In this document: one piece after another, positions 49,651 to 59,203 of the stretch
Position numbering within the stretch: the stretch's first letter is position 1
Layout: the number at the start of each line of letters is the position of its first letter
DNA from: Flavobacteriales bacterium
GTDB taxonomy: Bacteria > Bacteroidota > Bacteroidia > Flavobacteriales > BACL11
DNA: 64,000 nucleotides
Direction of reading: 5' to 3'
Assembly: GCA_002705205.1 (NCBI GenBank)
Contig: PAHP01000005.1
Coordinates: forward strand, 3,757-67,756
The notes under the pieces: generated by a model
Databases searched by the model: none
The model's input: the letters and a program-made list of their open reading frames with translations, nothing else
Told to the model about the DNA's origin: nothing
Position numbers and translations under genes: made by a program

Positions 49651-50178
49651 CTAAATATACTTTTCATCAGCGTCCATAACTTCGCCTGTTTTAGGACACG
49701 TTCTAAGTTTTTCATCAGAATAAAACCTCTTAAAGACTGGCAAGAAATCCTTTTCTACATTCGTTAAATGAAAATATTCTTCATATAATAACTCGTTGGC
49801 AGTATCAGAAAACCACATTAAACCATCCTTATGCTGATCTGTTCTTTTTCTTTCAATTACTAAACCAATAGATCCTTCTGATCTAACTGGAGAATGTGGA
49901 ATTTTTTCGGGTAAGAGAAATATCTCCCCCTCCTTAATCTCATATTCAACCAATTTGCCTTTTTGCTGAGTTTTAACTATAATATCGCCTTCAATCTGAT
50001 AGAATAGTTCTTCTGTCTCATTATAATGATAATCTTTTCTAGCATTTGGGCCTCCAACTATCATTACAATATAGTCGCCAGATTCTACGTACAAATTTTT
50101 ATTTCCTACTGGTGGCTTTAATAAATGTCTATTTTCATCAATCCATTTATGTAAGCTAAAGGGAGCTTTTATTTTCAT
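49651..50178 (-). CDS. nbaC: 3-hydroxyanthranilate 3,4-dioxygenase
   Basis: LKPPVGNK, VGGPNARKDYH..EE.FYQ, PHSPVR. Confidence 0.96.
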   Translation of the reverse strand: MKIKAPFSLHKWIDENRHLLKPPVGNKNLYVESGDYIVMIVGGPNARKDYHYNETEELFYQIEGDIIVKTQQKGKLVEYEIKEGEIFLLPEKIPHSPVRSEGSIGLVIERKRTDQHKDGLMWFSDTANELLYEEYFHLTNVEKDFLPVFKRFYSDEKLRTCPKTGEVMDADEKYI

Positions 50179-50189
50179 AATATTTATTT

Positions 50190-50606
50190 TTAAATTGTTG
50201 CTATTACTTTTAATTCTATTGCTATTGGAGTTGGCAAACTCTTTATTTCAATTGTTGTTCTACAAGGCTGATTATCTTTAAAATATTCAGCATATATTTT
50301 ATTATATATTTTAAAGTCATCTTTCATATTAGTAAGAAAGACCTGAACATCTACTATATTATCCCAAGAAGATCCAGCATCTTCTAGAATATATTTAATA
50401 TTATTAAAAACAGAATGACATTGCTCTTCAATATTATAACTTTCAATTTCTCCTTTTGAATTCAGTTTTACTCCTGGAATATCAGTTTCTCCAGCTTTTC
50501 TAGGGCCAACGCCAGATAAATATAACATACCCTCAACCTTTCTGGCATGAGGATATAATCCTACTGCACCTGGGGCTCGATCAGAATTAAATTTCTCTCC
50601 GTTCAT
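50190..50606 (-). CDS. RidA family protein, probable 2-aminomuconate deaminase
   Basis: GLYPHARK..LSGVGPR, PCRTT, LPTPIAIELK; operon context. Confidence 0.8.
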   Translation of the reverse strand: MNGEKFNSDRAPGAVGLYPHARKVEGMLYLSGVGPRKAGETDIPGVKLNSKGEIESYNIEEQCHSVFNNIKYILEDAGSSWDNIVDVQVFLTNMKDDFKIYNKIYAEYFKDNQPCRTTIEIKSLPTPIAIELKVIATI

Positions 50607-50610
50607 CTAA

Positions 50611-51063
50611 TTAAATTTCTTTATACATATAATAATGAGGGCCTATTATCTCTATATTAAACAATCCTCCCTTAGTCTTAAAGCCTACAGACTTATAAAA
50701 ATCCAATGCGGCTAATCTTGCATTGCACCATAAAAAATCAGCTCCTATTGATTTAAGTTCTAAAAATGCTGACCTTATAAGATCTCTAGCATAGCCTTTT
50801 CTCTGCAAATTAGAATCAGTTGCCATGCCTCTTAACCTATAGGCATTTACAGCATTTAATTTTGCAGATTGCTCTGGATAAAATGTAGCGCATGTCACAA
50901 CATTTCCAGCTAAAATACTAGCCATATGGAAGGTGCTATCTTCATTATCCTTCAAATAAGATGTTGTAGAAAAATCTTGCCCCTTTCTTAATTCAGCATG
51001 CCTTAAAGGTCTTATCATCTCGGCATCTACTGTCTTTATTTCTATTGGTAATTCTAAGTCCAT
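50611..51063 (-). CDS. GNAT family N-acetyltransferase
   Basis: LRH..LR, LRGMAT..QRKGYA, LWCNAR..FY..GF..GPHYYM. Confidence 0.9.
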   Translation of the reverse strand: MDLELPIEIKTVDAEMIRPLRHAELRKGQDFSTTSYLKDNEDSTFHMASILAGNVVTCATFYPEQSAKLNAVNAYRLRGMATDSNLQRKGYARDLIRSAFLELKSIGADFLWCNARLAALDFYKSVGFKTKGGLFNIEIIGPHYYMYKEI

Positions 51064-51065
51064 TT

Positions 51066-52508
51066 TTAAATTTTAACACAAATATTCTTTGGCTCTGTAA
51101 AAAAATCTAACGATTTAAAGCCTCCTTCTCTACCAACACCTGACTGCTTCATGCCTCCAAAAGGTATTCTTAAATCCCGAAGCAACCATGTGTTTATCCA
51201 TACTACTCCTGAATCAATATTTGCTGCCACTCTATGCCCTTTACTAATATTTTCTGTAAAAATAGATGCCGACAATCCGTACTTTGTAGAATTTGCCATA
51301 TCAATAACTTCAGCCTCTGTTTTAAAAGGAATTAGCGAAACAACTGGGCCAAATATCTCTGTTTGATTAATATCACAATCAGATGATAGCCCTTCAATTA
51401 TTGTGGGTTCAATATAATAACCATCTTTTAATTCTCCATCTAAAATTACACGTTTTCCTCCAATAAGAATTTTGCCTCCTAGCTTCTTAGCCTCTTCAAT
51501 CTTCGATAATATCTTATTCATATGTTCTTTAGAAACTATTGCTCCTAAATTTGAACTTATCTCTTTTGGATCGCCTACTTTTAATTTTTTAGTTTTCTCT
51601 ATTAATGCAATCTTGAATTTTTTGTAGATCTCTTCTTGAATAAAAAGGCGAGATCCACACAAGCATATTTGTCCTTGATTTGTGAAAGCAGCACGTGCAG
51701 CGGTACTAACTGCCTTATCAAAATCAGCATCAGCAAAAATAATGTTTGGATTTTTACCCCCTAATTCTAACGAAACTTTTTTAAACATTGGAGCTGTTAC
51801 TCTTGCGATATGTTTTCCTGTAACTGTCCCTCCAGTAAAAGAAATAATTGGAGTGTCTATATGAGTGGTAAGCGGATCTCCTATTTTACTTCCTAAGCCA
51901 TGTACAATATTTAATATCCCCTTTGGTAAGCCAGCCTCAATACAGATTTTACTTAACATAAAGGCAGTCATAGGAGTGATCTCAGAAGGCTTTGCAACTA
52001 CAGTGTTACCAGAGGCTAAAGCTGGCGCAATCTTCCAAGTGAGCAAATAAAGTGGCAAATTCCAAGGAGAAATACAGGCTGCTACACCAACTGGTTGTCG
52101 AAGAGTATAATTTATTGCTACACCATCCATTTCATGCATCTGAGAGCTGTCATGTAGAATAGCTCCTGCAAAAAACCTTATATTAGCTGGTGCCCGTGGT
52201 ATATCAACATGAGCAGCTAAATTTTCAGGCTTGCCATTATCTTTACTTTCAGCTTTTATCAGTTCTGATGAATATTTCTCAATAGTATCTGCAAGTTTCA
52301 TTAAAATATTTGCACGCTCTTGTTTTGGAGTTTTACTCCAACTATTAAATGCTTCTTTTGCTGCTAAAACTGCATTATTTATATCTGACTCTTCAGAGTC
52401 AGGGACTAAAGAATATACCTGACCATTAGAAGGATTATAATTGTCTAAATAATTCCCACTTGTTGGCTCAACTAATTCTCCATTTATATAATTTAAAATC
52501 TTTTCCAT
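51066..52508 (-). CDS. 2-aminomuconic 6-semialdehyde dehydrogenase (ALDH8-like)
   Basis: ISPWNLPLYLLTWKIAPA, ELGGKNP, NQGQICLCGSR, EIFGPV, WLLRDLRIPFGG. Confidence 0.88.
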   Translation of the reverse strand: MEKILNYINGELVEPTSGNYLDNYNPSNGQVYSLVPDSEESDINNAVLAAKEAFNSWSKTPKQERANILMKLADTIEKYSSELIKAESKDNGKPENLAAHVDIPRAPANIRFFAGAILHDSSQMHEMDGVAINYTLRQPVGVAACISPWNLPLYLLTWKIAPALASGNTVVAKPSEITPMTAFMLSKICIEAGLPKGILNIVHGLGSKIGDPLTTHIDTPIISFTGGTVTGKHIARVTAPMFKKVSLELGGKNPNIIFADADFDKAVSTAARAAFTNQGQICLCGSRLFIQEEIYKKFKIALIEKTKKLKVGDPKEISSNLGAIVSKEHMNKILSKIEEAKKLGGKILIGGKRVILDGELKDGYYIEPTIIEGLSSDCDINQTEIFGPVVSLIPFKTEAEVIDMANSTKYGLSASIFTENISKGHRVAANIDSGVVWINTWLLRDLRIPFGGMKQSGVGREGGFKSLDFFTEPKNICVKI

Positions 52509-53287
52509 TATAAACTCTGTGTCCTTCCTCCATCTACCGGAATATTAACTCCATTAATATATGAGGCTGCAGGAGTGCATAAAAAAGCTATAGCGTTTGC
52601 GACTTCACTAGCTTCTCCAAATCGATTTGCTGGAACAGAAGCTCTCATAACAGCTGCAATCTCTTGCTCTTTCTTTCCTTGTTTTGCAGCTTTATTAGCA
52701 ATGATACTTTTTAATCTATTTGTATTTGTAAATCCAGGTAAGACATTATTAACTGTAATCCCATGAGAGCCTAATTCAATAGATAAAGTTTTTGCCCAAT
52801 TTGCGACTGCTGCTCGTATAGTATTAGAAACCCCTAATCCAGGGATTGGGGCTTTTACTGATGTAGAAATAATATTTATAATTCTACCAAAACAGTCTTT
52901 CTTCATCCCTTCAACAACCTTCTGAACTAAGATTTGATTATTAATCAAATGCATTTTAAATGCATTCTCAAAAGCATTAATATCCGCATCAACAATTGGG
53001 CCTCCAGCTGGACCTCCGGTATTATTAATTAAAATATTATAGCTACCCTGTAATGAAGCTACAGCTATTTTTAATTTATCTGTATTGGAAAAATCTACAC
53101 AGACAAAGCTATGCTTCTGACCTATTGATTTATCTAATTTACTTAACATATCAGAAAGCTTGCTCTCATTTCTAGCCATCAAAGTAATATTTGCCCCCAA
53201 TTTTGCTAATGCAATCGCAGACGCCTCTCCAATTCCTTGAGTGCTACCACACACAATGGCATTTTTATTTTTTAAGTCTAAATTCAT
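52508..53287 (-). CDS. Atypical SDR family oxidoreductase (no catalytic Tyr)
   Basis: GSTQGIG, NNTGGP, SNTIR in place of YxxxK, NNVLPG, VDGG. Confidence 0.88.
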   Translation of the reverse strand: MNLDLKNKNAIVCGSTQGIGEASAIALAKLGANITLMARNESKLSDMLSKLDKSIGQKHSFVCVDFSNTDKLKIAVASLQGSYNILINNTGGPAGGPIVDADINAFENAFKMHLINNQILVQKVVEGMKKDCFGRIINIISTSVKAPIPGLGVSNTIRAAVANWAKTLSIELGSHGITVNNVLPGFTNTNRLKSIIANKAAKQGKKEQEIAAVMRASVPANRFGEASEVANAIAFLCTPAASYINGVNIPVDGGRTQSL

Positions 53288-54375
53288 ATATTATTATAGT
53301 TAAATGAAAGTTTATCTTTTATCTTTTTAGGCAGATCTGGCAAATAAGATCTAGATATCATAAGTGTTGCAATATTTGCCAAATCTGTAAATAACTTATG
53401 CTTGTCTACAGTCTGCTTTAAATACCCCTGTCCAGAACTGCCTCCTGTGCCTATTTTTTGTCCAAGCATTTTTTCTACCATCTGGACATGTCTAAATCTC
53501 CAAGTAGCAATTTTATGATCAAGCTCAACTAAACTTCTAAGGAATTGATATGGTAAATGTAAAATTGGTTGGTCTCTATATAAATTAATTAGTAGGGCAG
53601 ACATTGTTGCTTTATAAGAAAGTTTTGTCTCTCCTTCTTTGATGGCTTTATTATGCTCCTCTTCATTTAATACTCGATCAAAATACTTTCTATTTTCATC
53701 AATCATTCGTATTCTAAGAGTTCTATCTTCCTCTGTTAAATTTGCTGATTTAATTCCTTCAATTTCTTTTTCCATCATTTGACTTACAGCTTCTTCATAT
53801 TTTTTAGTAAAATCAAAACCTTCCATACTTAAAAACGGGATGCGCTCTAACCATTTCTCTAATAACGAAAATAAAGATTCATTCTCTTCAAGATTTAATA
53901 TTTCTTCTTTCTTTTTCCCTTCAAACTGAGAGTGATAAGGGCACCCTCCAAATTGATGTCTCTTTTCTATTTTTAGCCCTAACATTACCTCTATTTTTCT
54001 AAATTGATGCGATTGAAATCCAGAAGCAGGAGACAGATAATCCCTAAATTCTAAAAAATCTAAAGAAGTCATTGTCTCTAAAATATCTAACTGACCCACA
54101 AGAGTATTCATAATTTTATTCACTCTATCCATCCTTCTAACAATAACTCCAATATTGCTCTCGTCAATCTGCTTAGCCCTAAATAAAACCATCGTCGAAT
54201 CTAGCTCGTGTAATATCTGCTTAAACCATAATTCATAGGTTTGATGAATAATAATAAAGAGCATCTCCTCATGAGCTGCTTTGCCTTTTTCTTTACTAAC
54301 AAGATTTTGAGCATCTAATACCTTATCGAGTGAGAGGTAATTAATATAGTGAACTGATGATGGTTTTTCTGACAT
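53284..54375 (-). CDS. kynA: Tryptophan 2,3-dioxygenase (long form)
   Basis: HEEMLFIIIHQTYELWFKQ, PASGFQS, WRFRH, GTGGSSG. Confidence 0.96.
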   Translation of the reverse strand: MSEKPSSVHYINYLSLDKVLDAQNLVSKEKGKAAHEEMLFIIIHQTYELWFKQILHELDSTMVLFRAKQIDESNIGVIVRRMDRVNKIMNTLVGQLDILETMTSLDFLEFRDYLSPASGFQSHQFRKIEVMLGLKIEKRHQFGGCPYHSQFEGKKKEEILNLEENESLFSLLEKWLERIPFLSMEGFDFTKKYEEAVSQMMEKEIEGIKSANLTEEDRTLRIRMIDENRKYFDRVLNEEEHNKAIKEGETKLSYKATMSALLINLYRDQPILHLPYQFLRSLVELDHKIATWRFRHVQMVEKMLGQKIGTGGSSGQGYLKQTVDKHKLFTDLANIATLMISRSYLPDLPKKIKDKLSFNYNNI

Positions 54376-54415
54376 GAAAGATTTTTAATAAAGCAGTAAA
54401 AGTAAGAAATCTGAT

Positions 54416-55234
54416 TTAAAAAATCAATTCTGAAATAAGCAAAAGAAAATAACTAATAAGACTTAATGATTCCACCCAAAAAGAGAAATATCTTTCTCCT
54501 TTTCTTTTATCTGATTTTTGGATAAAAAATGAAGCTAAAATATATAGTAAAAGTAATGCTAGTAAATTTGCTAAATTTAAAGTCATCTCAAGGTATTGAA
54601 TAAAAGCAATTAGCCCACAAATAAAAAGCGCAAAAATAGCAATATACTTAGCTCTTTTTACTCCAAAGAATAAAGGAATAGTTATGACATTGCGTAAGTC
54701 ATACTCAACATCTCTAATGTCAAAAGGTATAGTTATCGAAAAAATAAATAGAAAAAGAGACGCGAGTCTAAAAATAATATCTTGAGATATTTGAATGTTG
54801 TTTTCTAATACTAAAAGCAGCATAGTACTAACTGACCAAACAAAAGAAATAATAAAGATTTTTGCAAAAGGAATTTTTCTTATTCCAAATGGATACAAAA
54901 TAGAAAGAGATCCGGCAAATAAAATAGCAATTTTTGTAGTTGATCTAAAATCAAAAAAAAGATATGCACTTGCCGTTGCTGAGATCAACATTAAAAAATA
55001 AACTGCTTTTACATTCTTATATAGCCAATCTTTATAATAATGCTCATGGCCTTTTTTTAACCTAACTACTCTCTGGAAATTATATGCAAATATTGTAGAT
55101 GAAAAAACAAACTGAGAAATTTTAAGATTAGTTGCTTCTAATAATATCTCAGCACTAAATACAAGTCCTAAAACACAAAAAGCCACCCAAATATTACTAT
55201 TTATAAAAAAACGAATTATTGATTGCACTGCCAA
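54416..55234 (-). CDS. UbiA prenyltransferase-like membrane protein
   Basis: Multiple TM segments; RKIPFAK, PFDIRDVEYD..TIP; first Asp-rich motif degenerate; start uncertain. Confidence 0.7.
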   Translation of the reverse strand: MAVQSIIRFFINSNIWVAFCVLGLVFSAEILLEATNLKISQFVFSSTIFAYNFQRVVRLKKGHEHYYKDWLYKNVKAVYFLMLISATASAYLFFDFRSTTKIAILFAGSLSILYPFGIRKIPFAKIFIISFVWSVSTMLLLVLENNIQISQDIIFRLASLFLFIFSITIPFDIRDVEYDLRNVITIPLFFGVKRAKYIAIFALFICGLIAFIQYLEMTLNLANLLALLLLYILASFFIQKSDKRKGERYFSFWVESLSLISYFLLLISELIF

Positions 55235-55240
55235 AAAGTA

Positions 55241-58024
55241 CTAAATAACAATATTTACAATTCTTTTAGGCACAACAATAACTTTTTTAGGAGTTTTCCC
55301 TTGTAAATAATTAGCTGTTTTCTCATGCTTCAAAACCTCAACCTCAACCTGATCTTTGTTCATTTCAGAAGGCAATGTTATTTTAAAGCGGGTTTTACCA
55401 TTAAAAGAAATAGGGTAGTTTATTTCATTCTCTATTAAATAGCTTGGATTAAATTTTGGAAAAGATGCAAATACAACTGAAGTTTTATTTCCTAATTTTT
55501 GCCATATTTCTTCTGAAATATGAGGTGCATATGAGGCTAAGAGTATAGTAAATTCTGAAATAATTTCTCGGCTATTACAATTTTGATCTGCTAACTCATT
55601 TATACAAATCATAAAGGTACTTACAACAGTATTAAAAGAATGTCTTTCAATTTCTTCTTCTACCTTTTTGATAGTTTTGTGCAATGTTTTATAATTTTCC
55701 TTTGTTGGATTTTTTTCAGATACACTGAAGTTGTTTTCAGTATCATGAACTAATCTCCAGTATTTTCTCAGAAAACTATGAACACCCGTAATCCCATTTA
55801 CATCCCAAGGTTTAAACTGCTCTAAAGGTCCTAAAAACATTTCATATAAACGCAAAGTATCTGCCCCAAAATTTTCAATCAAATTATCCGGAGTTTGTAC
55901 ATTATATTTTGACTTTGACATTTTTTCTACTTCATAACCACATAAATATTTTCCGTCATCGCTAAAAACAAACTCTGCGTCAGAATAATCTATATGCCAA
56001 TTTCTAAATGCGTCAACATCCAAAATATCATTATCTACAAAACTAATATCTACATGTAAACGTGTTGTTTTGTAATCTTTTCTTTTGTCAAAGCTTACAA
56101 ACGTATTCGTATCTTTAATTCTATAAACAAAAGAAGACCTTCCTAAAATCATCCCCTGATTTATAAGTTTTTTAAATGGCTCATCAAATGATATTAGCCC
56201 TCTATCGAATAAAAATTTTGTCCAAAAGCGAGAATATAGTAAGTGTCCTACAGCATGCTCTGCCCCTCCTATATATAAATCAACTTGACCCCAATATTCT
56301 GACTTTTCCTTTGCGCAGAATTCTCCTTTATTATTAGGATCCATATATCTTAAAAAATACCAAGAACTTCCAGCCCATCCTGGCATAATATTAGTTTCCA
56401 TTCTATCGCCTTCATGCACATTCCAATCTTTCTTTTTTGCTCTTGCTAATGGGGGCTCTCCACTTGAAGTTGGCAAGTATTTATCGACTGGCGGAAGTGT
56501 TACACACTTGTCGTTATCTAAAATATAAGGGACATTGCCTTTATAAAAAACTGGAAATGGTTCTCCCCAATATCTTTGTCTGCTAAAAATTGCGTCCCTT
56601 AATCTATAGTTTATTTTTCCTTTCCCAAATCCCCCTTCTTCAATTTTATAAATAGCTAGACTAACAGCCTTTTTAACAGAAAGTCCATTTAAGAAATCTG
56701 AATTCGTAATGCATGCTTTTTTATCTTCATAAGCATTTTGGCTAACATCAACATTTTCAAATATATTTAATATCTCTATATCAAAATGATTCGCAAAATC
56801 CCAATCTCTTTGATCTCCACATGGGACTGCCATAACTGCTCCTGTTCCATAAGATGCAAGCACATATTCTCCAATCCATATGGCAACTTTTTTTTCTGTA
56901 AATGGATGAATTGCATAAGATCCAGTAAATACCCCACTTACACTTTTATCTATCTGCCTATCTCTTTCAGATTTTAATTTTGTTTTGCTTACATATTCTA
57001 TTACATGTGTTCTCTGAGATGGTATAGTGAGCTTATCTACTAATGGATGTTCTGGAGACAAAACAATAAAATTAACTGCAAAAATAGTATCTGGCCTTGT
57101 AGTAAATACCTCTATCTTATCGTTAGAATTATCAATATTAAAAATTACAGAAGCCCCTTTAGATCTCCCTATCCAATTTTTTTGAATATCCTTTATTGAT
57201 TCTGACCATTCAATAGTTTCTAATCCAGAAATTAAACGATCTGCATATGCAGTAATTCGTAAGGACCACTGCTTCATTAATTTTTGTTCTACTGGGTAGC
57301 CTCCTCTTTCTGAAAGCCCCTCCTTAACCTCATCGTTTGCAAGCACTGTACCTAACTTTTCACACCAGTTTACCCATGTTTCAGACAGAAATGCTAGCCT
57401 GTAATTTAATAATATCTTTGCTTTTTCTTTTTCAGAAAAATTATCCCATTCAGATGCTGAAAATTGTGGTGTGTTATCATCACAAACTGCATTGGTTTTA
57501 GCGTTGCCCGTCTTCTCAAAATCTTCAATTAATTCTGATATTTTTATAGCCTTATCTCTTTCAATACAATAATACGAATCAAATATCTGCTTAAAAATCC
57601 ATTGTGTCCATTTATAATAATTTGGATCTGAAGTCTGAATTTCTCTACTCCAATCATACGAAAAACCAAGCTGATCAAATTGTTTTCTATATCTGTCTGT
57701 ATTTTCTTTAGTTGCAATTTCTGGATGAATTCCTGTTTGAATTGCATATTGCTCTGTTGGCAAACCAAAAGAATCATACCCCATTGGATGTAATACGTTG
57801 AACCCTTTTGATCTTTTATATCTAGCAAAAATGTCAGATGCAATATAGCCTAGCGGATGACCAACATGCAGCCCTGCTCCAGAGGGATAAGGGAACATGT
57901 CTAAAACATAATATTTTTGTTTATTACAATCTTCTGAGACCTTATATATTTCCTTTTTTCTCCAGTATTCCTGCCACTTTTCTTCTATTTCCGTAAAATT
58001 ATATGTCATGTTAATAATATTCAT
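55241..58024 (-). CDS. leuS: Leucine--tRNA ligase
   Basis: MFPYPSGAGLHVGH, FTTRPDT, KMSKS; start at 58024 or 58009. Confidence 0.98.
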   Translation of the reverse strand: MNIINMTYNFTEIEEKWQEYWRKKEIYKVSEDCNKQKYYVLDMFPYPSGAGLHVGHPLGYIASDIFARYKRSKGFNVLHPMGYDSFGLPTEQYAIQTGIHPEIATKENTDRYRKQFDQLGFSYDWSREIQTSDPNYYKWTQWIFKQIFDSYYCIERDKAIKISELIEDFEKTGNAKTNAVCDDNTPQFSASEWDNFSEKEKAKILLNYRLAFLSETWVNWCEKLGTVLANDEVKEGLSERGGYPVEQKLMKQWSLRITAYADRLISGLETIEWSESIKDIQKNWIGRSKGASVIFNIDNSNDKIEVFTTRPDTIFAVNFIVLSPEHPLVDKLTIPSQRTHVIEYVSKTKLKSERDRQIDKSVSGVFTGSYAIHPFTEKKVAIWIGEYVLASYGTGAVMAVPCGDQRDWDFANHFDIEILNIFENVDVSQNAYEDKKACITNSDFLNGLSVKKAVSLAIYKIEEGGFGKGKINYRLRDAIFSRQRYWGEPFPVFYKGNVPYILDNDKCVTLPPVDKYLPTSSGEPPLARAKKKDWNVHEGDRMETNIMPGWAGSSWYFLRYMDPNNKGEFCAKEKSEYWGQVDLYIGGAEHAVGHLLYSRFWTKFLFDRGLISFDEPFKKLINQGMILGRSSFVYRIKDTNTFVSFDKRKDYKTTRLHVDISFVDNDILDVDAFRNWHIDYSDAEFVFSDDGKYLCGYEVEKMSKSKYNVQTPDNLIENFGADTLRLYEMFLGPLEQFKPWDVNGITGVHSFLRKYWRLVHDTENNFSVSEKNPTKENYKTLHKTIKKVEEEIERHSFNTVVSTFMICINELADQNCNSREIISEFTILLASYAPHISEEIWQKLGNKTSVVFASFPKFNPSYLIENEINYPISFNGKTRFKITLPSEMNKDQVEVEVLKHEKTANYLQGKTPKKVIVVPKRIVNIVI

Positions 58025-58088
58025 CCGCTTGCAAAGTTAATGAATAACATCAATTAATAATTTGTATTTTTATATTTTAGCACCCTAA

Positions 58089-58967
58089 ATGAGATTAGGC
58101 AAAAACAAATCATTAAATAGAAGAATAATTTCATCATCTGCATCAATAGTAATTAGTCTATCACTAGTTCTTTTTGTAGTAGGACTTCTTGCATTGGTGC
58201 TAATAAATGCACAAAGACTATCTGATTATGTGAAAGAAAATATTGGTTTCACAATAATGCTAGAAAATGATGCGAGTGAAATTGAAACTATCAAATTTGA
58301 AAAAGAATTAGATGCAGCTCAATTTGCTAAAAGCACTAGTTTTATTACAAAAGAGCAAGCAACTAAAGATTTAAAAACTGACTTAGGAGAAGATTTTGTA
58401 GCCTTTTTAGGCTATAGCCCACTTTTAGCTTCAATCGATATAAAACTTAATGCAGATTATGCTAATATTGATAGTTTGCAAAAAATTACCTCTGAATTAA
58501 ATAGACACCCTGTAGTTTTTGAAGCTTATTATCAAAAAGATTTGGTAGATAAATTAAATAAAAATGTAACTAAACTATCATTCTTTTTATTACTGTTTTG
58601 CATACTTCTATTTTTTATTGCTTTTGCACTCATAAACAATACAATACGACTTTCTGTTTACGCAAAACGATTCTTGATTAGAACGATGAGGCTAGTTGGA
58701 GCAACAAATAGTTTTATTCAAAAGCCTTTTTTAATCAATGGTATATACCAAGGGATCTACAGCTCAATATTTGCCATATTTATGCTTATTGGAACAATCC
58801 AATTAATACAAGGGGATACTGCTGAAATGCTTAATATTAATGATTTAAAAATAATTGGAGTCGTATTCATTCTTATTTTCCTTTGCGGAATGATTATAAG
58901 CATATTGTCAACATTTTTTGCTGTAAAAAAATACATACAACTTAACGAAAACGAACTATATAACTAA
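58089..58967 (+). CDS. ftsX: Cell division permease
   Basis: TM1 + periplasmic loop + LINNTIRL..RFLIRTMRLVGAT..FIQKPF. Confidence 0.93.
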   Translation: MRLGKNKSLNRRIISSSASIVISLSLVLFVVGLLALVLINAQRLSDYVKENIGFTIMLENDASEIETIKFEKELDAAQFAKSTSFITKEQATKDLKTDLGEDFVAFLGYSPLLASIDIKLNADYANIDSLQKITSELNRHPVVFEAYYQKDLVDKLNKNVTKLSFFLLLFCILLFFIAFALINNTIRLSVYAKRFLIRTMRLVGATNSFIQKPFLINGIYQGIYSSIFAIFMLIGTIQLIQGDTAEMLNINDLKIIGVVFILIFLCGMIISILSTFFAVKKYIQLNENELYN

Positions 58968-58978
58968 AATACACTACT

Positions 58979-59200
58979 ATGGATTTTGCATTTAAAAAAG
59001 AGAATTATATTCTATTAATTGTTGGGCTAGCTTTTATAGCTAGCGGACTTATTTTAATGATTGGAGGCGGGGCAGAAGACCCTTCAGAATTTTCTGCGGA
59101 AATTTTTAATTTCCAAAGGTTAACCCTTGCACCTATTTTACTTGCAACCGGATTTATTATTGAACTATTTGCAATAATGTACAAAAGTAAAAATGCTTAA
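58979..59200 (+). CDS. DUF3098 family membrane protein
   Basis: F.K.NY..G.ILM.GGG..IF.F.R..LAP; conserved position between ftsX and uppP. Confidence 0.85.
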   Translation: MDFAFKKENYILLIVGLAFIASGLILMIGGGAEDPSEFSAEIFNFQRLTLAPILLATGFIIELFAIMYKSKNA

Positions 59201-59203
59201 CAA

